Origin: Candidatus Limnocylindria bacterium
GTDB taxonomy: Bacteria > Chloroflexota > Limnocylindria > QHBO01
Assembly: GCA_038233215.1 (NCBI GenBank)
Contig: JBBSML010000009.1
Span: forward strand, 12,688 to 76,687
Reading direction: 5' to 3'
DNA length: 64,000 nucleotides
Shown here: positions 38,640 through 47,573 of the stretch, in pieces
Position numbering within the stretch: position 1 is the stretch's first letter
Layout of the letters: the number at the start of each line of letters is the position of its first letter
Translations under genes and position numbers: made by a program
The notes under the pieces: generated by a model
The model's input: only the letters and a program-made list of their open reading frames with translations
What the model was told of the DNA's origin: nothing
The model's database searches: none

Positions 38640-39734
38640 ATGATCGCGCGTTGGATCGCCGCCCTCGCGGCCTTCGTCATCGTGATCCTGCTCGGCATGA
38701 TCACCATCGGCAACTTCGCGACCGGCGTCGACACCGGCAACTTCTTTGACACCGAAGGAGCCAACTCGTTCGCCTTCATCGGCGCCATCGCGCTCGTCGG
38801 CGCATTCCTCGTTTACGCGGCAGTCGAGTATGCCCAGACCGGCGGCTTCAGTTCGATCGCCTCCCAGTTCGACACTCGCACGATCGTGTTGATGCCCATC
38901 GCCGTCGCGATCAACATCATCCTGGGCGCAACGGTGGCGAACGCCCTCAAGCTCCCGATTTATCTCGACAGCATCGGCACCATTTTGGTCGGCGCCCTGG
39001 CGGGACCGGTTGCCGGCGCCTTGACCGGATTCCTGTCCAACATCCTGTGGACGTACGTCGTGCCGCCGCCGTTCCAGAACGGCCCGGCCGCGGCGTTCGG
39101 CATCGTGGCGGTCGTGATCGGGGTGTTCGCCGGGCTTGCCGGACGCGCCGGCTGGTTGCGACCGCGCCCGAACCGGCCAATGGGTGAGCTGGCGATCGGG
39201 GGGCTCGTCGCCCTCGCGGTCGTGATCGGCCTCGGCATCTACGCCTACGTGCGGTTCTACGCCGCGGGCTTCGAGTTCTTCAATCCGGATAGCACCGACC
39301 CGATCTTTGCCGTCGTTGGCTGGCTGATCGGCGGGCTGTTCGTGGCCTTCGTCGTCGGCTTCCTGGGGCTCCTCTTCGTTCGCCGTGACCTGACCGTCGC
39401 CTACGTGACGGTGCTGGGCGTCGTCACCGGCCTGGTCGCTGCGCTGGTCAGCGCTCCGATCAGTGCCAACGTCTTCGGCGGGGTCACCGGCGGAGGGACC
39501 GATTTCCTGGTGGCCGCATTCCGGCAGGGCGGGGCGGATCTGCAGACAGCGACCTTCCAGCAGGGCCTGCTCTCCGATCCGGTCGACAAGCTTGTCACGT
39601 TCTTCGTGGTCTACCTGGTGCTGGCCGCGATGGCGCGTCGGACGAAGGCGCGATTCCCCCAGGGTGAGCGACTGATCGAGCAACGCAATGCGGAGGACCT
39701 GGAGGAGGGCGGATGGCGGGGAGCGGCCGCCTGA
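38640..39734 (+). CDS. ECF transporter substrate-binding (S) component, enlarged
   Basis: LKLPIYLDSIGT, AGPVAG, SAPI, GGVTG, SDPVDK; extra TM helices at the N-terminus and internally. Confidence 0.8.
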   Translation: MIARWIAALAAFVIVILLGMITIGNFATGVDTGNFFDTEGANSFAFIGAIALVGAFLVYAAVEYAQTGGFSSIASQFDTRTIVLMPIAVAINIILGATVANALKLPIYLDSIGTILVGALAGPVAGALTGFLSNILWTYVVPPPFQNGPAAAFGIVAVVIGVFAGLAGRAGWLRPRPNRPMGELAIGGLVALAVVIGLGIYAYVRFYAAGFEFFNPDSTDPIFAVVGWLIGGLFVAFVVGFLGLLFVRRDLTVAYVTVLGVVTGLVAALVSAPISANVFGGVTGGGTDFLVAAFRQGGADLQTATFQQGLLSDPVDKLVTFFVVYLVLAAMARRTKARFPQGERLIEQRNAEDLEEGGWRGAAA

Positions 39735-40540
39735 GCGGCAGGCAACCCGTCGGCGGGAGCGTACCGAATTTCCTCGGCCGCCCCGGCCCAACTGCCTACC
39801 ACCGTCTGAATCCGCTCACCAAGGCAACCCTGGCGACGGTGACGGCCATCGCGGCGGTCGTGCTCGGTGGCCTCCCCGGGCCGATGCTCTTGACAGCCGG
39901 CGCCGTAATCGTGCCGGCGTTGTCAGCTCGAGTCCTCGGCCGGCTCTTCCGGACCGCGCTTCTGCTGGCCCTCCCCATCGCCATCTCAGCCTTCCTCGTC
40001 AACCTCTTCTTCTTCCCCGGCGGTTCGCAGGTACTGCTGCGCATCGGCCCGATCACGGCGACCGCCGAGGGACTCGGCTTCGCGCTCGAGATCCTCGTGC
40101 GCATCCTTGCCATCAGCGGCGCGGTCACCCTCTTCTATCTGACCACCCGACCTGGCGATCTCACCGTGGACCTCGAACGGCGTGGCATCAATCCCCGCGC
40201 GGCATTCGTCGCCAACGCATCCGTGCAGACGGTACCGGCCATGGTCGAGCGGGCGGCACAGATCACCGCGGCGCAGCGCGCGCGTGGCCTCGACACCGAG
40301 GGCAGCATCTGGCGGCGCGTCCGCGGTATCGTCCCGATCGTCGGGCCGGTGATTCTCGGCTCGATCGCCGAAGTGGAGGAGCGCACGATGGCGCTCGAGG
40401 CCCGCGGCTTCACACGGCCGGGTCGTCGCACGCTGCTCTGGACGCCCGCCGATTCCACGCGACAGTCGTTCGCTCGCTGGCTGCTGCTCATCGCGCTGCT
40501 GGGGCTCATCGTGGTGCGCATCAGCGCCGGGCTCACGTGA
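39713..40540 (+). CDS. ecfT: ECF transmembrane component T
   Basis: LNPLTK, AQRARG, ALEARGF. Confidence 0.9.
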   Translation: MAGSGRLSGRQPVGGSVPNFLGRPGPTAYHRLNPLTKATLATVTAIAAVVLGGLPGPMLLTAGAVIVPALSARVLGRLFRTALLLALPIAISAFLVNLFFFPGGSQVLLRIGPITATAEGLGFALEILVRILAISGAVTLFYLTTRPGDLTVDLERRGINPRAAFVANASVQTVPAMVERAAQITAAQRARGLDTEGSIWRRVRGIVPIVGPVILGSIAEVEERTMALEARGFTRPGRRTLLWTPADSTRQSFARWLLLIALLGLIVVRISAGLT

Positions 40541-41352
40541 CGATCACGCTGGCCGGCATCGGATACCGCTACGCTGACACCTCGAAGCCGGCATTGATCG
40601 ACGTCGACCTGGAGCTGGGCGAGGGCGAGGTCGTTGGCCTGGCAGGCCCATCCGAGGCCGGCAAGACGACCCTCTGCCTCGTGCTCAGTGGCCTCGCGCC
40701 ACGCACCGTCGGCGGCCAGATCCGCGGCAGCCTCACCCTCGACGGTGAAGACGTCGATTCGTGGCCGATGCATCGGCTCAGCCAACGCATCGGCATCGCG
40801 TTCCAGAACCCGTCGACACAGCTTTCGCAGGTGACCGACACCGTGTTCGAGGAGGTCGCCTTCGGGCCGATGAACCTGGGATTGCCGCGCGACGAAGTCA
40901 TCTCGCGCACCTGGGCTGCGCTGAGCGCCCTGCGCATCGATGCGCTGGTCGAGCGCGACCCACGCCGACTGTCGGGTGGCCAGCAACAGCTCGTCGCGCT
41001 GGCGGGCCTGTTGGCGATGCGCCCGGCGCACCTGGTCCTCGACGAGCCGACCGCCCAGCTGGACCCGGCGGGGACGCAATTGATCGGTGATGCCATCGAA
41101 CGCCTTGCTGCCGGCGGGGCGAGCATCCTGATCGCGGAACAGAAGACGGATCTGCTCGCCTCGATCTGCTCACGGCTCGTCGTGCTCAATGGGGGGCGCG
41201 TGGTGCTCAGCGGTCCCGCCGCGGAGGTCCTCGCCGATCCGAGCTTGGACGGGCTCGGCGTGGCGGCGCCATCACCGGTGAGGCTGCGGAGAGCCGCAGA
41301 AGCGGCTGGTGCGAATGACGCCCGCCTGGCTGAGGCGCTCACCGGTGACTGA
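40537..41352 (+). CDS. ECF ATPase A1
   Basis: GPSEAGKTT, FQNP, LSGGQQQ, LVLDEP. Confidence 0.92.
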   Translation: MTITLAGIGYRYADTSKPALIDVDLELGEGEVVGLAGPSEAGKTTLCLVLSGLAPRTVGGQIRGSLTLDGEDVDSWPMHRLSQRIGIAFQNPSTQLSQVTDTVFEEVAFGPMNLGLPRDEVISRTWAALSALRIDALVERDPRRLSGGQQQLVALAGLLAMRPAHLVLDEPTAQLDPAGTQLIGDAIERLAAGGASILIAEQKTDLLASICSRLVVLNGGRVVLSGPAAEVLADPSLDGLGVAAPSPVRLRRAAEAAGANDARLAEALTGD

Positions 41353-42172
41353 GCTACGGACCGATGCGCTGACGCATCGCTACGTCGATGGAGACATCAG
41401 CGCGCTTGACGGCGTGGACCTCGAGATCACGGCGGGCGAGCGACTCGCGATCATCGGCCAGAACGGCAGCGGCAAGACGACCCTGGTGCGACACCTCAAC
41501 GGGCTACTGCGGCCAACTGAAGGACGGGTCATCATCGACGGGACCGATGCGTCTCGTCTGACGGTCGCACAGCTCGCGTCGCGCGTGGGGCTCGCCTTCC
41601 AGGACCCCGATCGCCAGATATTCGCCGGATCCGTCCGATCCGAGGTCGAATTCGGACCGCGCAACCTCGGCCGCTCCGGGACTGACCTCGAGGATGCCGT
41701 GGATGCGGCCCTCGAGGCGAGCGGGCTCGGCGGGGAGGATGAGACGAACCCATACGACCTGGGCCAGTCGCGCCGCAAGCTGCTTGCCCTGGCCTCGGTG
41801 CTGTCGATGCGCACCCCGGTCCTCGTCCTCGACGAGCCGACGACCGGACAGGACGCGCGAGGCGTGGAGCGAGTCCGAGATGTGATCGAGGCCGTGGCCG
41901 CCGAGGGCAGAACGGTGATCGCCATCAGCCACGACATGCGGTTCGTGGCAGAGACGTTCGAGCGCGTGATCGTCCTGCGCGGAGGACGAGTCATCCTCGA
42001 CGGCTCGACATCACAGATCTTCGCTCCCGAAGCGTGGGACGCGTTGACCTCGACTCATCTTGAGCCGCCGCTCGCGGCAGTCATCGGTCAGCGACTCGAA
42101 CTCGGCTCAACGCCGACCGATGCTTCCCTGATCCGTGCGCTGGGTCACGAAGGTTTCCCTCGTGTCGGCTGA
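41345..42172 (+). CDS. ECF ATPase A2
   Basis: GQNGSGKTT, FQDPD, LVLDEPTTG, SHDM. Confidence 0.92.
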   Translation: MTELRTDALTHRYVDGDISALDGVDLEITAGERLAIIGQNGSGKTTLVRHLNGLLRPTEGRVIIDGTDASRLTVAQLASRVGLAFQDPDRQIFAGSVRSEVEFGPRNLGRSGTDLEDAVDAALEASGLGGEDETNPYDLGQSRRKLLALASVLSMRTPVLVLDEPTTGQDARGVERVRDVIEAVAAEGRTVIAISHDMRFVAETFERVIVLRGGRVILDGSTSQIFAPEAWDALTSTHLEPPLAAVIGQRLELGSTPTDASLIRALGHEGFPRVG

Positions 42173-42206
42173 AGACCGATAGTTCGGCGGGATCCTGCCG
42201 GAGGCC

Positions 42207-42650
42207 CTAGTAGAAGCCGGGCGGCGGCGGGAGAGGGTTGCCCGCAGCGTCGAGGCGGTCATCCGACGGCAGGTCATCGCGGTGCTCGCGCGCACCGGCC
42301 GGACCGGGAATGGGCAGGGCCATCACGGAGGAGGGGACCTCGTCCAGTCGGTCCGTGATGCCGCGCATGCCCAATCGCCGCAGGGCAGGCGCGAATCGAT
42401 CGGCGAAATCCGCGCTGCGCAGCAGGCCGAAGGTCAATGACGCATGGGCTCGGTTCAGCAGCTCGATGCCGCGGGAGGCTTCGGCGGCATTGACCTGGTT
42501 CAGGCCGAGCTGGCCATCGAGAATGTCGACCGCACGATTGGCCTCCCGGCGTGTCTGCCGGCTCAGATGCGGGGTACGGTTGACGAGTACGCGCGTGCGG
42601 TAGAGCGCGTCGCGAACGCGGCTGTCACGATCGAGGTGTCCCTGGGTCAT
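42207..42650 (-). CDS. Hypothetical helical protein
   Basis: 147 aa from ATG 42650 (MTQGHLDRDSRVRDAL...). Confidence 0.65.
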   Translation of the reverse strand: MTQGHLDRDSRVRDALYRTRVLVNRTPHLSRQTRREANRAVDILDGQLGLNQVNAAEASRGIELLNRAHASLTFGLLRSADFADRFAPALRRLGMRGITDRLDEVPSSVMALPIPGPAGAREHRDDLPSDDRLDAAGNPLPPPPGFY

Positions 42651-43335
42651 GGACCGAATACTACGCGCTGCGGCGGGCTGGGAGGATGTGCTCGCCGATC
42701 TGCTGCATCGGGCCGTCCGACCGATCCCGCTCGATGAGCGCCTTCTGCCGCGAAACGCCCAGGGCGAGACAAGCCGGGGCCGATACGACCGCGCGACCTT
42801 CCCGGCGGCCCGTCCGGCCGCCACGCTCCTGGCGATCTACCCTGATGCCGACGGCAAGCTGGTGATCCCCCTCACCGTTCGCCATGCCGACATGCGCGCC
42901 CACGCTGGTGAGGTATCGCTGCCGGGTGGCGCGGTCGATCCCGCGGACGTCAGTCCCGAAGCCGCCGCCCTGCGCGAGGCCTGGGAGGAGATCGGCCTCG
43001 AGCCGGAGTTCGTTCGCGTCATCGGCGTGCTCGACGACGTCTGGATTCCGGTCAGCAATTTCGAGCTGCGCCCGTTCGTGGGGACCGTCGCCAGCCGGCC
43101 GGCACTCATACCGCACGATGCCGAGGTGGCCGCGATCATCGAGCTGCCTCTCGCGGCACTCTTCGATGAGTCCTCCATCGGAATCGAGGAGTTCAGCGTT
43201 CGCGGCCTGACCGTCCGGGCAGGGGCGTATCGGTACGGTGGCGTTCGTGTCTGGGGCGCCACCGCCCTGACCCTGGGCATGCTGGCCCATGTGCTCGACC
43301 GTGCGGTCAGCGACGGGTCTGGAGCTTCGTCTTGA
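42649..43335 (+). CDS. NUDIX CoA pyrophosphatase (NudL/PCD1 type)
   Basis: HAGEVSLPGG, AALREAWEEIG, NDAEVA-like PHDAEVA, VWGATA. Confidence 0.9.
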   Translation: MDRILRAAAGWEDVLADLLHRAVRPIPLDERLLPRNAQGETSRGRYDRATFPAARPAATLLAIYPDADGKLVIPLTVRHADMRAHAGEVSLPGGAVDPADVSPEAAALREAWEEIGLEPEFVRVIGVLDDVWIPVSNFELRPFVGTVASRPALIPHDAEVAAIIELPLAALFDESSIGIEEFSVRGLTVRAGAYRYGGVRVWGATALTLGMLAHVLDRAVSDGSGASS

Positions 43336-44137
43336 GCGAGCCGAGCAACTCGAGCAGGGGGCCGTGCTGCGCCCGAGGTGCGGCCAGGACACTCGTCCGC
43401 GGGCCGGTCAGCTTCGGATTCCACCAGCCGGCACCGGTGATATCGGTGACGACCGCCCCCGCACGCTCGGCGATGAGTCCCGCCGCAGCGACGTCCCACG
43501 GCGAGAGGCCGCCGTTCTGGACGAACGCGTCGAAGCGGCCATTGGCCACGTAGACCAACGCCAGGGCGGCACTCCCCATGCGCCGATGGATCCGGATCAG
43601 CGGGGCGATCTTCCGCTCCCGTGCCAACCCTCCGCGCCCGATGACGGCGAGGCTGACAACATAATCCGACAGCGTCTCCTTGGTCGAGGTCGCGATCGGC
43701 TCACCGTTCAGCCGGGCCGGACCGTCCATGACGGCGCTGTACAGATCGTCGCGGGCGGGATCGAAGACGACGCCGACCGTCGGCACATCGTCGACCACCA
43801 GGCCGATGCTCACGCAGTAGTACGGAATGCCGTTGGCGTAGTTGACGGTTCCATCGAGTGGGTCGATGACCCACGTCCGTCCATTGTGAGAGCCGTCGTC
43901 GCGCAGAACACCGGCGTGGTCGCCCGACTCCTCGGCCAGGATGGCATCGCCGGGGAAGCGATCCTTGATGGCATCGATGACAAGGCGCTCGGAGGCATAG
44001 TCCGCGTTGGTCACGACATCGCGCTTGCTCTTGTAATCGATCCGATCGAGTTTCTCGTAGCTTTCGGTCAGGGTGGTTCCGGCGCTGCGCGCGAGGGTCG
44101 TGGCGAAGGTGAGCTCATCGGCCCAACGGCTGGTCAT
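43307..44137 (-). CDS. Inositol monophosphatase family
   Basis: DVVTNAD, LAEESG, WVIDPLDGTVNYA, WDVAAAG. Confidence 0.92.
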   Translation of the reverse strand: MTSRWADELTFATTLARSAGTTLTESYEKLDRIDYKSKRDVVTNADYASERLVIDAIKDRFPGDAILAEESGDHAGVLRDDGSHNGRTWVIDPLDGTVNYANGIPYYCVSIGLVVDDVPTVGVVFDPARDDLYSAVMDGPARLNGEPIATSTKETLSDYVVSLAVIGRGGLARERKIAPLIRIHRRMGSAALALVYVANGRFDAFVQNGGLSPWDVAAAGLIAERAGAVVTDITGAGWWNPKLTGPRTSVLAAPRAQHGPLLELLGSLKTKLQTRR

Positions 44138-44142
44138 GTACC

Positions 44143-44517
44143 TCAGGGTAGCCTGAAGCCAACGACCTGCACGGTCACCTCGCCCTCCGGCGGCCCGCTG
44201 AAGCCGAACGAGACGTCGACATCGCTTCCCGGGGGCAGGTAATCGATGCTGATCTCGCTCTCCTCTTCGGCTCCGTCGATCGAGGCCGTCGCGCGCAGCG
44301 CGAGCGCCTCGGCCGCCTCGTCACCGTCGTTCGTCACGGTCGCGGGAATGATCCAACCGCCCGCGAACTCATACGCGGCCTGGGCCAACAGCTCCGTCCT
44401 CGGCTCGGGCGGCCGGCCCTCATCGGTGATGCCGTCGAAGATCAGGAAGCCGACGAGGCCGACCACCGCCACGACGCTGACGCCCAGGACCATCCATTCG
44501 AGCCAATTCTGACGCAC
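44143..44517 (-). CDS. TIGR02588-like small membrane-anchored protein
   Basis: NWLEW + one TM + beta domain; adjacent to the TIGR02587-like gene. Confidence 0.7.
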   Translation of the reverse strand: MRQNWLEWMVLGVSVVAVVGLVGFLIFDGITDEGRPPEPRTELLAQAAYEFAGGWIIPATVTNDGDEAAEALALRATASIDGAEEESEISIDYLPPGSDVDVSFGFSGPPEGEVTVQVVGFRLP

Positions 44518-44518
44518 G

Positions 44519-45436
44519 CTACGAGGCCTCCTGCTGCTGCTTTCCCTGGCCGCCGCCCACCAGGAGGCGACCGGCCGCGGCACCGAAGGAGGCCACCAGC
44601 GCCAGCATGAGGGTCTGCCCCACGATCGTTGACACCGATGCCCCATCCGTCCGGCCAAACGCCCACATGAGCAGCAGCGCCACGAGCAGGCTCACCGCGT
44701 AGGCGGCCAGCGTCTCGGTGAACGGATGGTCGAGCGGGCTATCCCCGACCTTGAACTCGCGGCCGCCGCGGAAGTCGGCGTAGAAGACGAGGCCCAGCGT
44801 GATCAGCAGACTGGCGGGAATCGTGAGGATGAGCAGCCACCACTCGGCTTCGATGCCGAGGAGCACCGGTTCCTCGGTCGGCGCGACATTGAGCGCGAAC
44901 AGAAGCGCGGCACCGGCCGCGATGAAGAGCCTGCCAAAGGCCCCCACACCAGCTCCGTCGGCCACGTCGCTGCCCTGGTCCTCGGCATCGTCGGGATCGT
45001 CGTCGGACGAGGCGAGCTGGGCGCCCGCCAGCGACACTCCGAAGGCGACCGGGATCATCTCCAGCGCGATCTTGCCGATCGCGTCGCGCAGCCCGGTCTC
45101 CAGACCGATCCGGCCGAGCAGCAGCAAGGCCAGGGTCGCCACCACTGCGGCGATCCCCATCGTCTCCACCGAGTCGATCAGCAGCTCAGCCCAGGTCCGG
45201 TCGCGCCGGAAGCCGCTCACGGCGCTGTAGCCGACGACCACGATGAAGGCGACACCGATCAGGAGGACGATCTTCCACGACGGGAGGAGAAAGGAATGGG
45301 CCCACATCTCGAGGGTGTAGAACAATGGAAGACCGATCAGCAGCCCGCCGCCGGCGGCCCGCACCAGGTCACGGGCCGTGGTGCTCACGGAGGAATCCGC
45401 TGCCGCCGACCCTCCTGGCTTGCTTGCTTCGCTCAC
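44519..45436 (-). CDS. TIGR02587/DUF2391 family membrane protein
   Basis: GGLLIGLPLFYTLEMW, FALNVAPTEE, SFGAAAGRL. Confidence 0.85.
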   Translation of the reverse strand: MSEASKPGGSAAADSSVSTTARDLVRAAGGGLLIGLPLFYTLEMWAHSFLLPSWKIVLLIGVAFIVVVGYSAVSGFRRDRTWAELLIDSVETMGIAAVVATLALLLLGRIGLETGLRDAIGKIALEMIPVAFGVSLAGAQLASSDDDPDDAEDQGSDVADGAGVGAFGRLFIAAGAALLFALNVAPTEEPVLLGIEAEWWLLILTIPASLLITLGLVFYADFRGGREFKVGDSPLDHPFTETLAAYAVSLLVALLLMWAFGRTDGASVSTIVGQTLMLALVASFGAAAGRLLVGGGQGKQQQEAS

Positions 45437-45480
45437 GATCGCTCCTCTGCACGCGTCGCGCCATTCTGTAGGCTAGACGC

Positions 45481-46206
45481 ATGCCACAGATTCACCTCCG
45501 CGCAGAGGACGGCGATTACGCGCCGCTCGTCCTTCTCCCTGGCGATCCGAACCGCGCGCGCCGCATCTCCGAACGCTTCGATGAAGGCTCCGTCCGACAG
45601 GTGAATGACCATCGAGGGATGTTCGGCTTCACCGGCACCTACGCAGGCACCCCGGTCAGCGTGCAGACGAGCGGAATGGGAACGCCGAGCCTTTCGATCG
45701 TCGTCGAAGAGCTCCTGCGGCTCGGCGCCAGGCGCCTCATCCGCGTGGGCACCTGCGGCGGCATCGCGACCGACCTGAAGACCGGCGACCTTGTCATCGC
45801 CACCGCCGCCTGCCCGGTCGACGGCGCAACAACGACCTATCTGCGTGGCGAGGCGTACGCGCCGGCCGCCGATTTCACGCTGACTCGAGCGCTCGTCGAT
45901 GCGGCCGAAGCCGCAGGCATCGGCGCCAGAACCGGCCTCGTCGCATCGGTGGACGTCTTCTACAACACCGACGACGACTACGCGTCGCGCTGGCGCGACC
46001 GCGGCGTGCTGGCCTTCGAGATGGAAGCCTCGGCACTCTTCTTCCTGGCCGCTCGAGCCGGGGTGCAGGCGGCGTGCGCGCTGACCGTGAGCGACGTACT
46101 CTCGGAGGAGATAGCCAGCGAGGAGAGCTACCTGCCGCTGGAGGAGCTCGATCGAGCCATCGACGGGATGATCGAGGTGGCCCTCAAAGCCGGAACCTCG
46201 GCCTGA
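45481..46206 (+). CDS. deoD: Purine nucleoside phosphorylase (DeoD type)
   Basis: LPGDPNRA, SGMGTPS, RVGTCGG, FEMEASAL. Confidence 0.9.
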   Translation: MPQIHLRAEDGDYAPLVLLPGDPNRARRISERFDEGSVRQVNDHRGMFGFTGTYAGTPVSVQTSGMGTPSLSIVVEELLRLGARRLIRVGTCGGIATDLKTGDLVIATAACPVDGATTTYLRGEAYAPAADFTLTRALVDAAEAAGIGARTGLVASVDVFYNTDDDYASRWRDRGVLAFEMEASALFFLAARAGVQAACALTVSDVLSEEIASEESYLPLEELDRAIDGMIEVALKAGTSA

Positions 46207-46218
46207 TTGCCTCTCCCG

Positions 46219-46280
46219 CGATGTATGAGGCAGTGCGGCACGCGAACACCGATTCCGGAGCCAAGCGGCCTCATCAATCG
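46219..46280. repeat. Palindromic intergenic element, copy 1
   Basis: CGATGTATGAGGC (46219-46231) / GCCTCATCAATCG (46268-46280); homologous to 61966-62027. Confidence 0.65.
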
Positions 46281-46385
46281 GGTCGTCCGGCGCGTGGAAG
46301 GCCGGGCGTGCGCTGTACGGCCCAATGTATCGGGCAATGGTGGGAGTCCTGAGACGGTGTCGGTCGTGCGGTAGACTCGTTCACC

Positions 46386-47552
46386 ATGACCGATACCATC
46401 ACTCGCGGTGCGGCGAACCAGGCCGGCGCGATTCTCAACAAGAACGCGGCTGCCGAGGCTCAGGACTTCCTCCCACTCAAGGGCATCGACCACGTCGAAT
46501 TCTGGGTCGGCAACGCCAAGCAGGCGGCGCATTACTACCGCGCCCTGTGGGGTTTCACGCCGGTGGCGTACGCCGGGCTCGAGACCGGTGTACGGGATCG
46601 GTCCAGCTTCGTGATGGTCCAGAACGACATTCGGTTCGTGTTCACCGCGCCGATCTCACCCAACGGCGAGATCGCCGAACACGTGGCGCGCCGTGGTGAC
46701 GGGGTGCATGACATCGCATTCGCGGTGGACGACGTCGAGAGCGCCTGGCGCGAGACGACCTCGCGCGGGGCGGTCAGCGCGTTGGAGCCGACCGAGCTGG
46801 AGGGCAAGAAGGGGACCCTGCGCCGCTCCGCCATTCACACCTACGGCGAGGTGCTCCACTCGTTCGTGGATCGTTCCGACTATCACGGCACCTTCGCACC
46901 GGGGTACCACAGGATCACGGAACCGGCACCGTCGGCGACGGGTCAGATCCTGCTCGAGGTCGACCATTGCGTCGGCAACGTGGGGCTCGGCGACATGAAT
47001 CGGTTCGTCGACTTTTACAAAAACGTGCTCGGCTTCGCCCAGCTCATCCACTACGACGACAAGGTCATCCACACCGACTATTCGGCGCTGATGAGCAAGG
47101 TCATGACGAACGGGAACGGCCGCATCAAGTTCCCGATCAACGAGCCCGCGGCCGGCAAGAAGAAGAGCCAGATCCAGGAGTTCCTCGACTACTACGGCAC
47201 CGCCGGGACCCAGCACATCGCATTGCGCACCGACGACATCGTCGGCACGGTGCGGACGCTGCGGGAGCGCGGTATCGAATTTCTGGGCATGCCGCACGCC
47301 TACTACGAGTCCCTGCCCGACCGGGTCGGCGACGTTGGTGTGCCGATGAACACGCTCGAGGAGCTCGGCATCGAGGCCGATCGCGACGAGGAGGGCTATC
47401 TCCTCCAGATCTTCACGCGCCCCGTGCAGGATCGGCCGACCTTCTTCTTCGAGATCATCGAGCGCCACGGATCGCGCGGCTTCGGGGTCGGCAACTTCAA
47501 GGCGCTCTTCGAGGCGATCGAGATCGAGCAAGCCCGGCGCGGCAACCTCTAG
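46386..47552 (+). CDS. hppD: 4-hydroxyphenylpyruvate dioxygenase
   Basis: IDHVEFWVGNAKQAA, DHCVGN, PINEP, QHIAL, LLQIFT, GFGVGNFKALFEAIE. Confidence 0.96.
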   Translation: MTDTITRGAANQAGAILNKNAAAEAQDFLPLKGIDHVEFWVGNAKQAAHYYRALWGFTPVAYAGLETGVRDRSSFVMVQNDIRFVFTAPISPNGEIAEHVARRGDGVHDIAFAVDDVESAWRETTSRGAVSALEPTELEGKKGTLRRSAIHTYGEVLHSFVDRSDYHGTFAPGYHRITEPAPSATGQILLEVDHCVGNVGLGDMNRFVDFYKNVLGFAQLIHYDDKVIHTDYSALMSKVMTNGNGRIKFPINEPAAGKKKSQIQEFLDYYGTAGTQHIALRTDDIVGTVRTLRERGIEFLGMPHAYYESLPDRVGDVGVPMNTLEELGIEADRDEEGYLLQIFTRPVQDRPTFFFEIIERHGSRGFGVGNFKALFEAIEIEQARRGNL

Positions 47553-47573
47553 GTCCGCTAGCATCGGTCCTTC

